Positions 12,467 through 26,000 of a DNA stretch of 64,000 nucleotides are shown here, piece after piece; position 1 is the stretch's first letter, and each line of letters starts with the position of its first letter. This DNA is from Podarcis gaigeae (taxonomy: Eukaryota). The position numbers were made by a program, and so were the translations under genes. Location of the stretch: the NCBI GenBank assembly GCA_964106915.2, contig OZ066921.1. One strand, 5' to 3'. The notes beneath the pieces are model-generated. The model saw nothing but the letters and a program-made list of their open reading frames with translations, made no database searches and had not been told where the DNA came from.

Positions 12467-15400
12467 ACTTATGCCTCTGAGTCTGGATTGCTCTCTGCCA
12501 TAGCCTCTCTCTGCTCATTAAACCCTGTCACCTCTTCAACTTCTAACACCACCTCCTCCCAGTCTGCTCCCTCTTCTCCCTTTGACCATTCTTCATCCTA
12601 CCACCACCAATCCCCTGGCTCTGAGCCTTTTTCCCCTGTTTTGTCTCTTTGGTAGGTAGAAAGGCTGACTGCTAAGGCTTCTCCACTCATATGGTGATTT
12701 CTGGAGTGACCACCTAAGCAAAGAAGGATCCTGTAACAGCAACAGCAGCTATGCATTGAAGGCACTGCTTAGCCACCAAGTCCATGTGCCATGTGCAAAC
12801 ACACACATACTCAAGTATACACAGTGAAGGCATTTCAAGGCCTCTTTACTGCCAGCTCTTGCCAGCTCTCTTACGTGGCACTGCAGAATAGGCTTCTCCT
12901 CAATTTTCACTTCCCTCCCAGAGCGAAAAAGTATCAGGACTGAAGTGGGACGATCATTGGGGCCCAAATTCCCTTTCTGGGGTGTGATGGTGAAGAGTGG
13001 AGTCACATTGGGCATCCCATGATCTGTGGATTCCACAACAAAGCTAGAGAGCAAAGACAAAACAAAGACTCCTCAGTACTGGTCCAGAATCATGACAGAC
13101 ACTAAAGCTAGAGGCAGTAAGAAAATGAAGAGATACTGAAACAACTTCCCAAAAGGTTGTGGCCAGCTGTGTCCATTTTAAACTAATATAATGACCCCAA
13201 AAAACGTAAGGTGTGCACACAATGAGCCTATGTCAATGAGCCTGTGGGTTGAAGAGCCCATTTTCCCATGTATGCTTATGTGCACTTTCATCTACACATG
13301 ATCAATTTCAACAGAACTCTATCTCAATGTTTCCCATCCACATTAGTGGTTGGTGCTTGATGGGATGTTGTGTTGTCTACTCCCCTCAACTGGAGCTTCT
13401 CCATCCTCCCTGGGTACTGGAAACCTGAGATTCATTGTAGGCCATGCACTCAGGTATTGGTTTGCCTGTGCACAGCCATTTTTAAATTTATTTTTCAGTT
13501 ACACATTTTCCAGTATATCAAACTTGCACAAAACAGCATAAAAGAGAGAGAGTGTGTCATGTCTGACTCCATCAGCAGCCCACCAGGGATCAGCTTGCCA
13601 ATGGAAGTGGAGGGGTGGTAGACAAAAGCAAAATGTCACCACTCACTCACACACAAAAACCCTGCCCACACAACATACTTCAGTACATCCACAGTTGAGT
13701 AACAGAGGATTTTATGTAGGAGTTTTTCCTTGCTGCAGATCAGGAAAACCCAAATTAAAGTGTGAGTGGGAAGTGTGGGCTGCCACTTGAAGGAAGAATG
13801 CTACTTACTCTGCTCCTGCCTCCAAAATACCTAGACCATAAGGAAAGTCCTCAGCCAAGATATTGGAAACACAAATAATTTACATAAACCGAAGCCCTGA
13901 ATGTAGAATGACCTGAATCTGGGTTACAATTAGGGTAAAGCTAAGCTCAATAACTAATCTCAGAAGGACTGAGGAGGAAGAGGGTGGTGTTTGATGGCAG
14001 TAGTGTTTGTGCACCATCTTCAGTCCATGCTAATAAAACCAACAGGAGACAAAGAGCACAACAGAAGGTGCCTTCAGAGTAAATGGAGCTCACCTGTACC
14101 CAATCTCATATTTTCCCTTGTTCTTCAAGGACAGCACTTGTTTAGCTTCATCCATGACTTTAATATTCCCAAGCTCCACACCACCATTTGTACCTGCAGC
14201 AGCCAAAAGTCATTGCCATGAGTGGTCTGGATTTCACTGCTATTTTCCCACCCTTAGGAGTAGAAGTCACAGGCAGGATCAGGTAGATTACAACCCTTAT
14301 ACTGGCAGCAGTGGGGGTGGCAGAGGGAAGAAGCAGCAATTGCTGTAGAGTACTAAGGAAGGAGTGATGCAGGATGCCAAGGCACATCTCACAGAGGGCA
14401 GTTTCTGTCATGAAGTTCTTTATATCTTTCTCCCAGAAGCTTTGTTATCCATGATGCAGCCAGAAAAGCAAGGCTCTTTTTTATCTGCCTTTTAAAACCA
14501 ATTAAACTCCTCCTTTGAGAGCAAAGGGGAGGTGAATATGTCTGGGAAGCGCTGAACCCACCTTTGGGAAAGCTGATGTCCAGGGCAACATCATAGGCCT
14601 CAGCAATAATTTGGATGTTTTCAATCTGGACAATCCCCAGAATATTTTCCACATCTGAAACCTGAAATGACAGCAAGCAACAGTCCCGTTAAGCTCCCTT
14701 AGGATCACTCTTTGCTGGGTGAAATTTGTAGCCAATACAGCCATATTTTCTAGACCAGAATTCAGTGAGAATGATGCTAGACCTTGTGGTTGATATAAGA
14801 GCCTAGGAGATGTTTTAAAAAGCACAATAAATAAATCCCTCAGCCATGTCATATTCTGTCATGTTTGGTAAGCCACTGCTACCCCCACCCCCAACAATGG
14901 GAACAATTCCCCGCCCCCTTTTCAGAGGGAACAAATAGTTTTGTGAAAATGGAGCCCTCTTAGGGCTTGTGGCTTGGTGAAGAGTTCCACAACTGGCTTT
15001 GCCCAGAACAAACACACACATTCTTACCTGTACACACATTCTTGTTGCCATAACTTGCAATTATCTGGTCTCAAATAAAAGTATGACTGATACTTGCAGT
15101 GTTCAGAAGCAATCAGAAAAAAACCACCATTATTTCCATCAATGTTTTACTACAGTTTAGGATGAAAATTTATATTCTGCAAGTAAGTAGGCTGTAACTT
15201 TTAAATTGATTCTGGTCTTAGTTCAAGCCCTAGACAGCAAATGATACAGAGAGCTAAAGGACAAAATGGGGTCCTCACCCTTCCACATGTAGAGGCTGAC
15301 TAGAGTATCCCCTGGAATGAACTTCAACGTGGGTGACTGATGGGACAGTATGCCAAGTGAGGGGGTGCAGGGAAGACAATGTAGCACACACAGCTCTGTC

Positions 15401-18400
15401 CTCCAGCACCTCACTGCTGCCCCACAGGATTTGCCAACTGAGGCAGGTGCCCCATCCTGCCAAATAATAGGGTTGTTTCTGTAAGCACCACCCTGATATT
15501 TTTACAGCCCCAAGGACCAGAGGCACTCCCAAGCTTTTGCAAAAAAAACAAAAAACCCACACCAGGAAAAGTGGCAGCATGCAAGACCCAACCAACTGGA
15601 CTGTAGCTGCCAAGGAATGCTCACCTCTAGGCGAATGGCCTTCTTAATGTTGAGTGTCTTTGTAGCCCTAAAGTTCACTAGCAGGCAGTACTCCGAGTAG
15701 GGTTCAATCACACCCATATCAACGGCAAGAGAGAAATCATCACCAATGTTCTCCATGCCGCTGACCCTCCATGCAACAGGCAGAGGAGTGAAGTTCTTGA
15801 GGTAGAGTGGCTTTGTCTCCTTTCTGCAGAAACAAGAGAAGCCAAAGCAGCATCGTTTTCTGGGGGCTACAAGAGTTTTGCCGTGCCTCTTTATGCTGGG
15901 CAGCTGAGATCATGTTCACCCAACTGGGAAAGTGGCCATGACTCATATGGCAAAAGGAAGGGAACATCTCTTGGAGAATGACACCCAGTTGAGTTCCATG
16001 CTGTAGCTCGCATAATGGCTGAGCAGAGGATTCATTTGCACACAGCCTCAACTGAATAAACAAGGCCAGCAACTTCAGTTTTACATGCTCACAGTTTACA
16101 TGCCCTTCAAACCTCACTCAATGCCGAGAAATACACTGTATGCTACCCTGGAAAGCTCAGAGGTCAATGGTGAAAGTTCATGTCTCAAACTCCTGCTGCA
16201 TCCAAAGCACCCAAAAACGTTCAAGGAACTTAAAGCAGAGGAAGCAACTGGAGATTGGTCAAAGCAGCGGGATCTACCTATGCAATAGAAGCTTTTCAAA
16301 ATGCACCAGCCGGCGATCTAGCTCCAGCTCTGGGCGAACTCCTTGGCAGCTGACCCGGAAGATTACAGGCTCTGGATTCTCTTTAATGCAACAGACAATG
16401 TTGTCCTCAAATATACCACTGGCTGTTGGATAAGCCCAAATTGTCAGCTCCTGGGGAGTCAGAATGACACACATTCAGCTGGAAAGCCTTGACTTGCGTG
16501 AAATGCACACTACAGACCATGGTCGCCTCATGTCATTACCTGCTTCTCGTTGGGCTTGAGTGTCATGGTAGGGGGGTCAAAGAGGTATGTGACTGCCTTG
16601 GAGTCATACTGGAAGAAGAAATGAACTTCCGCATCCAAAGGAGATATGTTGAGGATGGTTAGCTTTTCATAATGATTGGGGTATCGCAGGGCCTTGTACC
16701 TGTAGGCATGAATAGCTTACATTGGGAGTTGCAGGAGAGAGCAGGGCTACACTTGCCTCTCATGACAAGGCACTGCCTAACACTGAAGCACTTCCCATGT
16801 TCCCTGGCTCAGATAGGTTTCCCTGGAGCAGGCAACATCCTGTGCGGACTGAGCAATTTGCACTCAAGGGAGACCTGCATCATGGAATCACGCCTTCTTT
16901 TACAGCCAGGATAAAGAACACAAAAGTGGAGGATTGTTTGGCAGAATTTGAAGAATCATTTTATGACCCCGGAAAGCTTGTTTTTGCACGGAAAATGTTC
17001 TCCACTGATCATGGGGCTTGGACCCAGCATTCAGGTTTCTAGCTCATGTGGGGGCACTTCAACAATTCTGGTATATTGTCACCCAGTGAGTTCAATACCA
17101 CTGAAGTTCTGGGCTAACTGCTTGTCCTTTTATGCTGAACACAACTGGCACTTACTTCTCCCTTGACTTCCCACACAGCAAGGGGCCAAAGTGAAAGACC
17201 CCCAAATTCATGATGTACTTTTTGGATATTATGTCATCGGCTTTGACGCTCTTTACACGGTGCGGGAAGACAATCCTGGAGGAAAGAAGCAGAAATGCAT
17301 CAGGAGGTGTGCAATGGGGGAAAGATCAACAAGACTGCAACAGTGGAACTTCAGGTCCCTTGGGGAAGGGATGAATATCCCTTTTGGAAGGAGATCCATA
17401 CTATGGCCATACTGGAGGTTTGTCCACCTTGGACGAAAGCAAGAAATGGATTGGGCGAGGAGGACAGGAAGTAGTAATAGTCTCAAGTTTGAACATTTCC
17501 TGCCTTGGACACCAGGTGGCAACATCAACCCATGTGATGGCATAGCATCCATGGGGGGGGGGCAATACAAACATGCCCCTCAAATAAATAGCCTGTGAAC
17601 TACTGAGTCATTTCTCTTGGCCTCGGTGCCAAGATGAGACAGATCTTACACTGTCAACTAATGTCAATGATATTCAAGAGAAATCCAATTCTAAATTTAT
17701 TTGACTATGAGGAAAATAGGTATAATCTTTACCCCCATGGTAGTGTAATCTCTATGTATCTTTTAGTTGGAAAATTCACCTGCTCAGGACAAGCATCCAC
17801 ATCTCATTATTTGCCTGGATGTAGAGGTGCTTCAGCAAATAATCTGACTGCACAGTGTCTTGGCAGGTATCATACAAGAGGGGCAAGGAATGAGGTTCAC
17901 TCTCATTATAACTGCTTTATACAGATGTCTGATTTCCATATCAGCCTTTGGCAGCATTTTTCCTTACTGTCTTCAGAAAGAAAACAGAATTCACCACAAA
18001 GGGAAGCAAGAGACCCATAGATTCATGGGGCAGTCAAGGGCGCAGCCCTGAGCCAGTGTCTGCAACCACATCATCAGGAGACATGTTATCTGCTTGGAGC
18101 ATCCTCTCTCTTCTGTGTTGTGCCAGGACCTCATATTTGCAGAATACCTTTCTGCTGGGTACTAGATGCAGCTTTATTTTAAGGAGGTGAAGGTACACAT
18201 CTCTCAGGCCAGCTGTGGATCCTAGCCCAGAAGGCTTATATAACTAGGCAATGCCCTTTTCCTAGCACTTACGTAGGATCTTGGCAAATGGATGGATATA
18301 TGCAGACACCCCTGCAGAAAACTTGATACTGTCGCTGGGTCCCCAGGATCTCAAAGTTTAGGACCTGATCAAAGTACCCTGTCGTGGTGGAAGAGAAATG

Positions 18401-19341
18401 GAGGCGCATTGTAACCTCTCCATTAGCAGGGACCGTCCAGCGAAAGCAGGTCAACCTGTGGAATACAAAGCACAAAGAGTCTACCTCAAACAACTGGGGT
18501 GGGGTATATGGGTATGCAAGGATCATAGGAGCAGAGTTCTGCCCACCCTCACCCCCACCAGATCAGCATGCAAGGCTCACTTTCTGTTTCTGCTCAGCCA
18601 ATGTTTCAAGGAGCACTCCAGCCCTGGCTAGTCAGAGGCACACAAGTGCTTTCTGTCTGCTGTGAGACATGCCCCAGGCCCTATTTCTTGCTCCCTTACC
18701 GGCTGAGCTTCTCAGTAGATGGTTCCCCTGTGAGGCCACCCTGATCTAGCTCTGACAGAGTTGTTACTGCACCAGGGGTAGGATGAGTACCCTTCCTGCC
18801 ACGAGAGCTGCCTTTCTTATCCTTTGAAGAATCACGGGTTATGTCGGTTTTCTCCTTCTTGCCCTTGCCTCGGGTTGGGGTTGTCTGTTCCTCCTAAGAC
18901 CCAGAAGAAACACAGGAGGAAAGAGAGAAGCAGGCAGCTTATTGTAGATATACTGCTGCTGCTTCTTGCAGGTTTTCATGGCACACACACACAGTTGTCC
19001 TCATCAAAATGCTGTCCCCCCATTTCTCCTTCCCACCCCCCATTTAATCCAGATTTACTATTACTACTAGAAATCTTTAGGCTTTCTAACACCATGGACA
19101 TAAATACCTATTTTACATATCTAATCTATATGTCTGATTCCTCCAGGAGTTCCATTTCCCCTTATGGATCTTGTGGATGGTTCTGGAGCCATAGAAAAAG
19201 GTAGCATCCCTGCCTAGTATTCTTCACAAGCAAATATTTTTTCTGAAAGGGAGTCAATCCAGATCATTGCATGATATTTATTTTATTTATAAGTTAAACA
19301 TCCCAAGCAGCTTTAACAAAAATGGCTACTCCATTATGAAA

Positions 19342-19396
<55 letters not shown>

Positions 19397-22300
19397 TAGA
19401 ACCTTATTTAACATTAGGTTACTCAATCTTAACAATTATTGATCATGGATCATAAAAGATCAGTAATTATTAGACCACAAAACCTATTACGTAAACCAAC
19501 TGCTACATTTTTACCAGTTATAAATCTTGTTTAGTCTGCAGAGATTCAGTTCCCACTACACTATTTACAGTACAATCCTGAATATATCTACTCTGAAGTA
19601 AGCCCACTGAGTTCCGTATTATTTACTTTCAGGTAAGCGAGTATGCGATTGCAACTTAGGTCTAGTAGTTAGAACTGTTGTCTAGTTTAAAATCTTAGTA
19701 TTTTTTATGAGTGAAAAGATTTTTGCTTTCTTAAGTCTCATTCCGGATCAACATCATCTTTGTCTTCCCCAAATGCTGGCATCTCTCCCTTGGTCAACGA
19801 CAGTTGGGGGTGCTCCTTTCCATTCAATGTGATGTGTTTCACACGCCTGGCAATTAAGGCAGCCTTACCTCTGATTTAGTCAGCATGCTGACCTGGTCAG
19901 TGTATGTAACAGAGGGCTCTGCATACTTCTGTTTGCCCCACCGCTTTCCCCCAGGAAAACCCATGATTTAGTGCTCAGTTGGAACAAACAGCAATCAGGT
20001 TTTCCGTGGATTGACATTTGCTCTGATTCAGCACTGAAGAGCAGGTTTTCTGGGGAAAAGTGGTGGGGTAAAGGCTAGAAAGCATGGGTCAAGCAGAAAA
20101 CAAGCATACGTATAGAGGAACCCAAAGACCTGACTGGATAGAGAAGGAGTTCATTTTTTTAGTTTTGCCTCCCAGGCAACAAACCCAGCTTCCCTGATCA
20201 CGATGGCGTTTGTCAATCCTCCTTATTGTGCAACTTTATTGGCAGACTTTCCCCTTCTCAGGTTCTGTTTTTCCCATGCAGGAGCAAAGAGGCCCTCTAC
20301 CTTTACTGTAGGAAGATTCACTGGAGTCTCCAAGTTATTCTCAGTCTCCTTCTTGTCCTCTTCCAGACTTGGATCTTCAGGTAAGAGGAAGGTGAAATGC
20401 TTGAGAGCTTCTCCGGGAACTGGTGCTGCCCGCTTCTCTGGATATGGGATCACAGAGAAACAGGCAGTGGGAGGAATGGGTGGCCCAGAAGGACCCAGTC
20501 CCAAGCCATTCAAGATCTACAGCAAGAAAGAAAGCTATATTAAGGCCTCATTGCAATGCTGCTATTGTAAAATGCAAATGAAATGACCTGCCTCTTTCTT
20601 TATACCAGTGGGCTTATTGTTCTTCCTAGTATCGGCCACGGGAGACTAGAGGCATCTAGGTGGAACTGCATCCTTCCCACACATAGAATGGGGATTTAAA
20701 AGACCAGCTGCCCACAGCACCATAACTGTTGAAGGATGGCATGAAAGGATGTCTGGATCTGTTGGCCATTCTTTTCTCGAGACTATGAGCCATTTGCCCG
20801 TCTCAGACTGCCATTGCCTGCCTGAAGACCTGCCTGTGCTGTGCATAAACAATTAAACCAATATTCTATGAGAGCTAGAATCATGCTTATTCTCTAAATG
20901 AAAACTGATGTCTTCAGGATTCCATCACATCTGTAAGGCTCCCTCAAGCTAAATTTCTACATTCTTGCTAATATTGGAGAGGTTCCTTTCCACTAGAATA
21001 ATCCCCATTTCTCTGGTGTGTGGAGGCTAGCCCACATTCTGTGAAAATCACTGAGGGTCCCCACCTGGACGATATCTGGCAGCTTGCCACTCTCCAGGAT
21101 CCTCTTGCCACTGGAGTCCTCAGAACTGAGCACCTGGAACTCCAAGCATGGGATCCCCACATCTGGCTCTCCCCCTTCTCCCTCCTGCCCTCCAGCCCTG
21201 TTGTCCTCCATCGCTTTGAGCCTCTCTAGGCGCTCTCTCTCCACTCTCTCTTTCTCCAGGCGCTCCTTCTCTGCTCTCTCCTTCTCCAGTCTCTCCTGGC
21301 GCTCTCTCTCCCTGTCCTTCCTGCCCTTGCGGCCCGAGGGTGCTTGCCGCTGGTCTTCTGCTTCCTCCTGCTTCTCTTCAGAGCCTGGTGGCAGCAGCTG
21401 CACCAACTGAACTCTGTCCCAGAAGGTCAGGATCTGGACTATGTCTTTCTGGTTGGCATCATAGAGCTTGAATCTCAGAGCCAAGTTCTTCTCACTCTCG
21501 CTCATCATTTCCTTCTCGGCTTCCTCATCTTCCTGGGCTACGGGTGGGGCAGCTCCTGGCTGACCATTCTGTGGGCCCGCCTTACTTTTCCTCTTCTTCT
21601 CATCTTTGTCATTGACATTAAACTCTGGGCGCTCCTTGGCGGATGCTTTCCGCTCGATCCCTTCATTCAGCCTCCCGTCAGATTTCAAAGCAGGCACTGG
21701 GGCGTTCTGGAACAGCAGAACCAAGGAAAAAAGGAGAGCCTGTCAAGTACATAGCTTCAGTCTTGCAGCAAGGAGCCCAGATAGCCACCCTTTCAAGCAT
21801 TCTAAAGGATCCAAGTGTCCCAACAGCATGATGATGATGATGATGAGAGCCACCTGGGACTTGGCTTATTCCTAAAAAATGCAGGCCACTTCCCCACAAA
21901 CTGGTCACTAAAGCTTTAAGAAACAAAGCCACTCAAACTGCCCGGTGCTGCCAAGTGGAGATAAGTGCCCTGGCATGAGCTGATGCATCACTTAGCCATA
22001 GGAATCTTATCTCTTTTCTCCATCAGCCACATGCCCCTAGATTAGGGTTTCCCAAACTTTTTGCGGCTCCTACCTCCTTGGTTCCGTAATCTCATTCCCA
22101 GTGGCCCCTACCCTACCCTACCCTATAAAAAGCATTATTCAGAATAGCAGTTTGCATGACACTAAGGAACGAAAAAACACAATGCAATTCAGAATAGTAA
22201 CAATATACTGCACATTTTTTCAAAATTAAATGAAATTTGGTTTAACTACTTCAACAAAACTGATTAACTTGGTCCAGTGAGACCAGGTTTTCAAAATCTG

Positions 22301-22993
22301 ATAGTCGTTTATACCTCCAGTACTGCCCTGCCACCCCTTTGCCTCTAGGTAATCCCACTGTCCCCTGGGGGGAGGGGCAAGTACCACTCATTGGGGGAAC
22401 CACTGGGTTCAAGGGCTGCTTGGGACTTACTTGCTTGCCTCCTTGCTGGGCCTTCTTTGCTGCAGCCTCATCTTTCTCCTTGGCCACTGCTGCCTCCCTC
22501 TTGTAGCGCTTGCTCTTCCTCTTCATCTCCTCCTCCTCCCGCAAGCGCTCCAGTTCCTGCTGGTGCTTCTTCTCCTCCAGCTCCCGAGCCAGCTTCTCCT
22601 GCTCCCTTCAATGCATGGCACACAGGAAAATCAGGAACTTCATTCATTTCCCAGGTGCCTGAAAAACTTCCCCAAATCAAGCTTTTCTCCCCCCACCCCC
22701 GATCAAGTATGAATCAGCTTAGCCTTTTCAGCCACCGAACCCCATCTCAGTGTACTCAAAAGGGCCCAGAGGCTTTCCGACCCCTGCTTCTGGCTAAAAA
22801 GGCAGCAGGTGGCTGCAGTTGGGAGGCTCCGATGCCAGGCAAATGCAACCCAGGTAACTAGGCATGGGGAGAAGTATGGCTTCCAGGATGACCAGCAATT
22901 TAGGATGCCCCAACCACGAGCAAGAATGTCCTTGTGAAACCTCTTGCCCTCTTCTCCCACTCCCTCCTCAGTTATCAGTAAGAAGTACAAAGT

Positions 22994-23058
<65 letters not shown>

Positions 23059-26000
23059 CCTTCTTCAGCTAGGAAGACTACATAGGGAGGCTGTTTGAGC
23101 AGTTCATTATGTCATCAGGTGCACCATGGGCCAGCCAACCTTTGGCAGGTCAGAGTCATTTTGGCCCTTTGAAGCCTATTTTGGAGCCTGGAGTCAACAG
23201 GGCTCTGATATGGAGGATGAGGTGGAATCTGAACTCTTAGTTCCAGAAACTGGAACTACAGGGATTTGGTGCCATCACCACATTCTGGTTGCAGTGTGTT
23301 GGGCTGTCTGAACGTTGGCTCATCATTTAGGGTCTCCTTCTTGAACCTTTCAAAGTATGCTTATTTGCCCTCATCTCCCCCATTTTACATGCTTAAACAC
23401 CCTCGGGGACATGTGCTTCTCACAGTTCAGGGATCAAGCCTGGGGAAAGAAGCCACAATGAGAGGATGAAGAGCAACAAATATTATAATGGAAATGACCA
23501 GCGAACTACATCCATTCCTAAGGATAACTCTACAATTACTGCCCACAGTGACAATGTCCTCCCCGCTCTTTGAGGGACAGAGTATATTCCCAGGCCTGCT
23601 CTGACCTCTTTTTTCTCTCACGCAGGGCCAGCAACAGTTCATGATCAAACTGGACTTTTTGTTCTTCGGTGAGGGCATCATACTCCTCTTCATCCATCTC
23701 CTGAAGACGAACCTTCTCTCTTGCAATGGCCTCCTGCTGCTCCCGTTCTTCCAAGCAGACAAAGGAGAAAGAAAGACACCAGAAACTTACCAGGAGAGCC
23801 ACATCCAAGGCAAGTGGAATACCTCATGACACCCATGCCCCCAACCCTATAAATTTATTGCAGAGCAAATATCAGGGGGTGGGGACAGCAAAACAGGGGA
23901 GTTGCAGATCAAACTGAGTAGTAGCATTAAGCTAAAATCCTGGGAGAGAATGATTGGGTTCTATATACAGTAGGGAGGGGTGAATCTCTCCATTTCCATT
24001 TCTCATCTTTCCACTCTTCAGTTTGTTTTCCACATTTCCAAATGAGTTTGCATTTAAAAAAAATAAAAATAAAAAACAAATCCTCATGAAAATTCATCAA
24101 CATTTGACTGCTAATATTTCCTAATATACGTAAGTTTGTATGCAGTTTTGCCTAAAACACATTTCTGCAAAGCAACATTCCCTTATATTTGCATTTTTAT
24201 GCACACTTGGGGTTGCCATATTTCACAAAGTTAATTTCCTAGCACCCACATAGTTGTTGAGCAAGACCCCAAGATTTTTGAGTTTTTAAAGGAAACCACC
24301 TTTTTGTGGGAACAAACCCAAATTGTTGAAAACCGGGGCAAGTGAAGATTGTCCCTAATGTATGGAAAGCCTGTAAACCAAATATACAAAATTGAATTTC
24401 TCCCCCATCCCTGATTCTCAGCAACTGGAAGCAAAACAAAGAGGAACAGCTGGGCTAAGCAAGGGGCCACCACCTTCCCAACTCCTCCTCCTCCTTACCT
24501 TCCTGCTCTTGCTTGGCCTTCTCTCTGGCTTTCATAGCAACAAAGTCTTGGAACAGGTTCACAAAATAGATGTGGCGCCTGTTGTTGATAGCTTTGAGTA
24601 GACAGGTAAGCGCCGATGCCATGCTGCGGGCAAACAAGGTATCCAGCCCATCAAACACCATGCCACGATAGCAGTCGCTCAGCTGTTGGAAAATGAAAGC
24701 ACATCCCCGTTAGGCTCAGGCAAGGCTTTGGCCACTACCAGGCATAGCTCCTGCCAGGCAGCAGGAGTCACCTGGCAGAAGTCACTCTGCTGATAGGCTG
24801 CCTGCATGAGAGAGATGGGAAGCAGGAGGCTCATCCCATCAGCTTTGCCAAAAAAAAAACCAACCCAGCTCCATAAGGCACCTCCGGCCCCTGAACTGTT
24901 CATATGACAGCTGGTCATGCTGAGAACTAATATTTAAGAAGTGGTGCCTGAGTTTGCTTTTCCTCTCTTCTCACCCCATCCATTTTTCCTTGTGTGTTTC
25001 TTAGATTGTAAGCCTGTGTGGGGGCAGGGACTGTTTCACAACCATCTTTGCAAAAGACATTTTAATGGGAATCCTGCTAGTCGACTGTATCTAGATTATA
25101 GCTGTTGCTCCACATTTTTGGAGCTCATTCGAAGTAGAAGTGATCCATAGTCCTTAGCACCATAGGAAACCCTAATTCTTGTTTGCCAGCTACAAGAGAG
25201 CCTAAGTGCATGTAACTTTACCTGCTCACACCCATCTATTCAATTCTTTGCTCTCCCCATTCCCTTGGCAATCTTCACAACTGCCAACATTTGATCTATA
25301 AACTCCTTGTGACAAAAACCTGACTTTTTTAGTTTACAATATGGAACAAGAATTGATAATACGATAGTAGGGATACAATTGTCTGCAATAAATGTGTCAT
25401 TAGTACTCTCATTTTAGAGACTGGAAAACTGAGGTTGACAGGTGCTCATGGTCCCTCCGTTTCTTTATTGTGATTGGCCAGGAATTGTGATTTGGCAATG
25501 GTATATTTGATAGCCAAGTGCACAGGACTCTGGGCCACACTAGCTCTCCACTGGAATCACACCAGAAAAGGGGACCCTAGAAAGCCATCTGCAACTCTGC
25601 CATGGTCCTTTATGCAGGAAGGGACAGGATACTCCTGACCTGGCAGGCAGACATTGTGCAGACCCAGGCCCAGGATTCCAGATGGAACCATTGTGAGACC
25701 CCCAGGCTGCATGGCTAGTGTCTCCCTTTGCTGCTGTTACCTGCATCCTCTCTGAAAGAATCTCCACCAATAGCTCCTCTGGAAGCACACAGCTCAACAG
25801 GCCGTAATCTCCTGCCACACTGCCACAGAGGCTAAGGCGCCGCTGGATCGGAGCGCTGGGAATAGGGCTGGACGGAATCTGTAAATTGGGGATAAGGCAG
25901 AAAGTTCCTACAAGAAACCTGCTGAGCTAGAAGGCACCTGCTTCTCCCTTCAACTCAGCCACCCCTGGGTCACCACTTTCCCTCCCAGCTTAGGCAGATG

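Noticed and set aside
12008-12655. 215-aa plus-strand ORF
   Set aside because: Low-complexity S/L/P-rich translation of pyrimidine-rich intron DNA that includes an (AC)n repeat; no domain or splice support.
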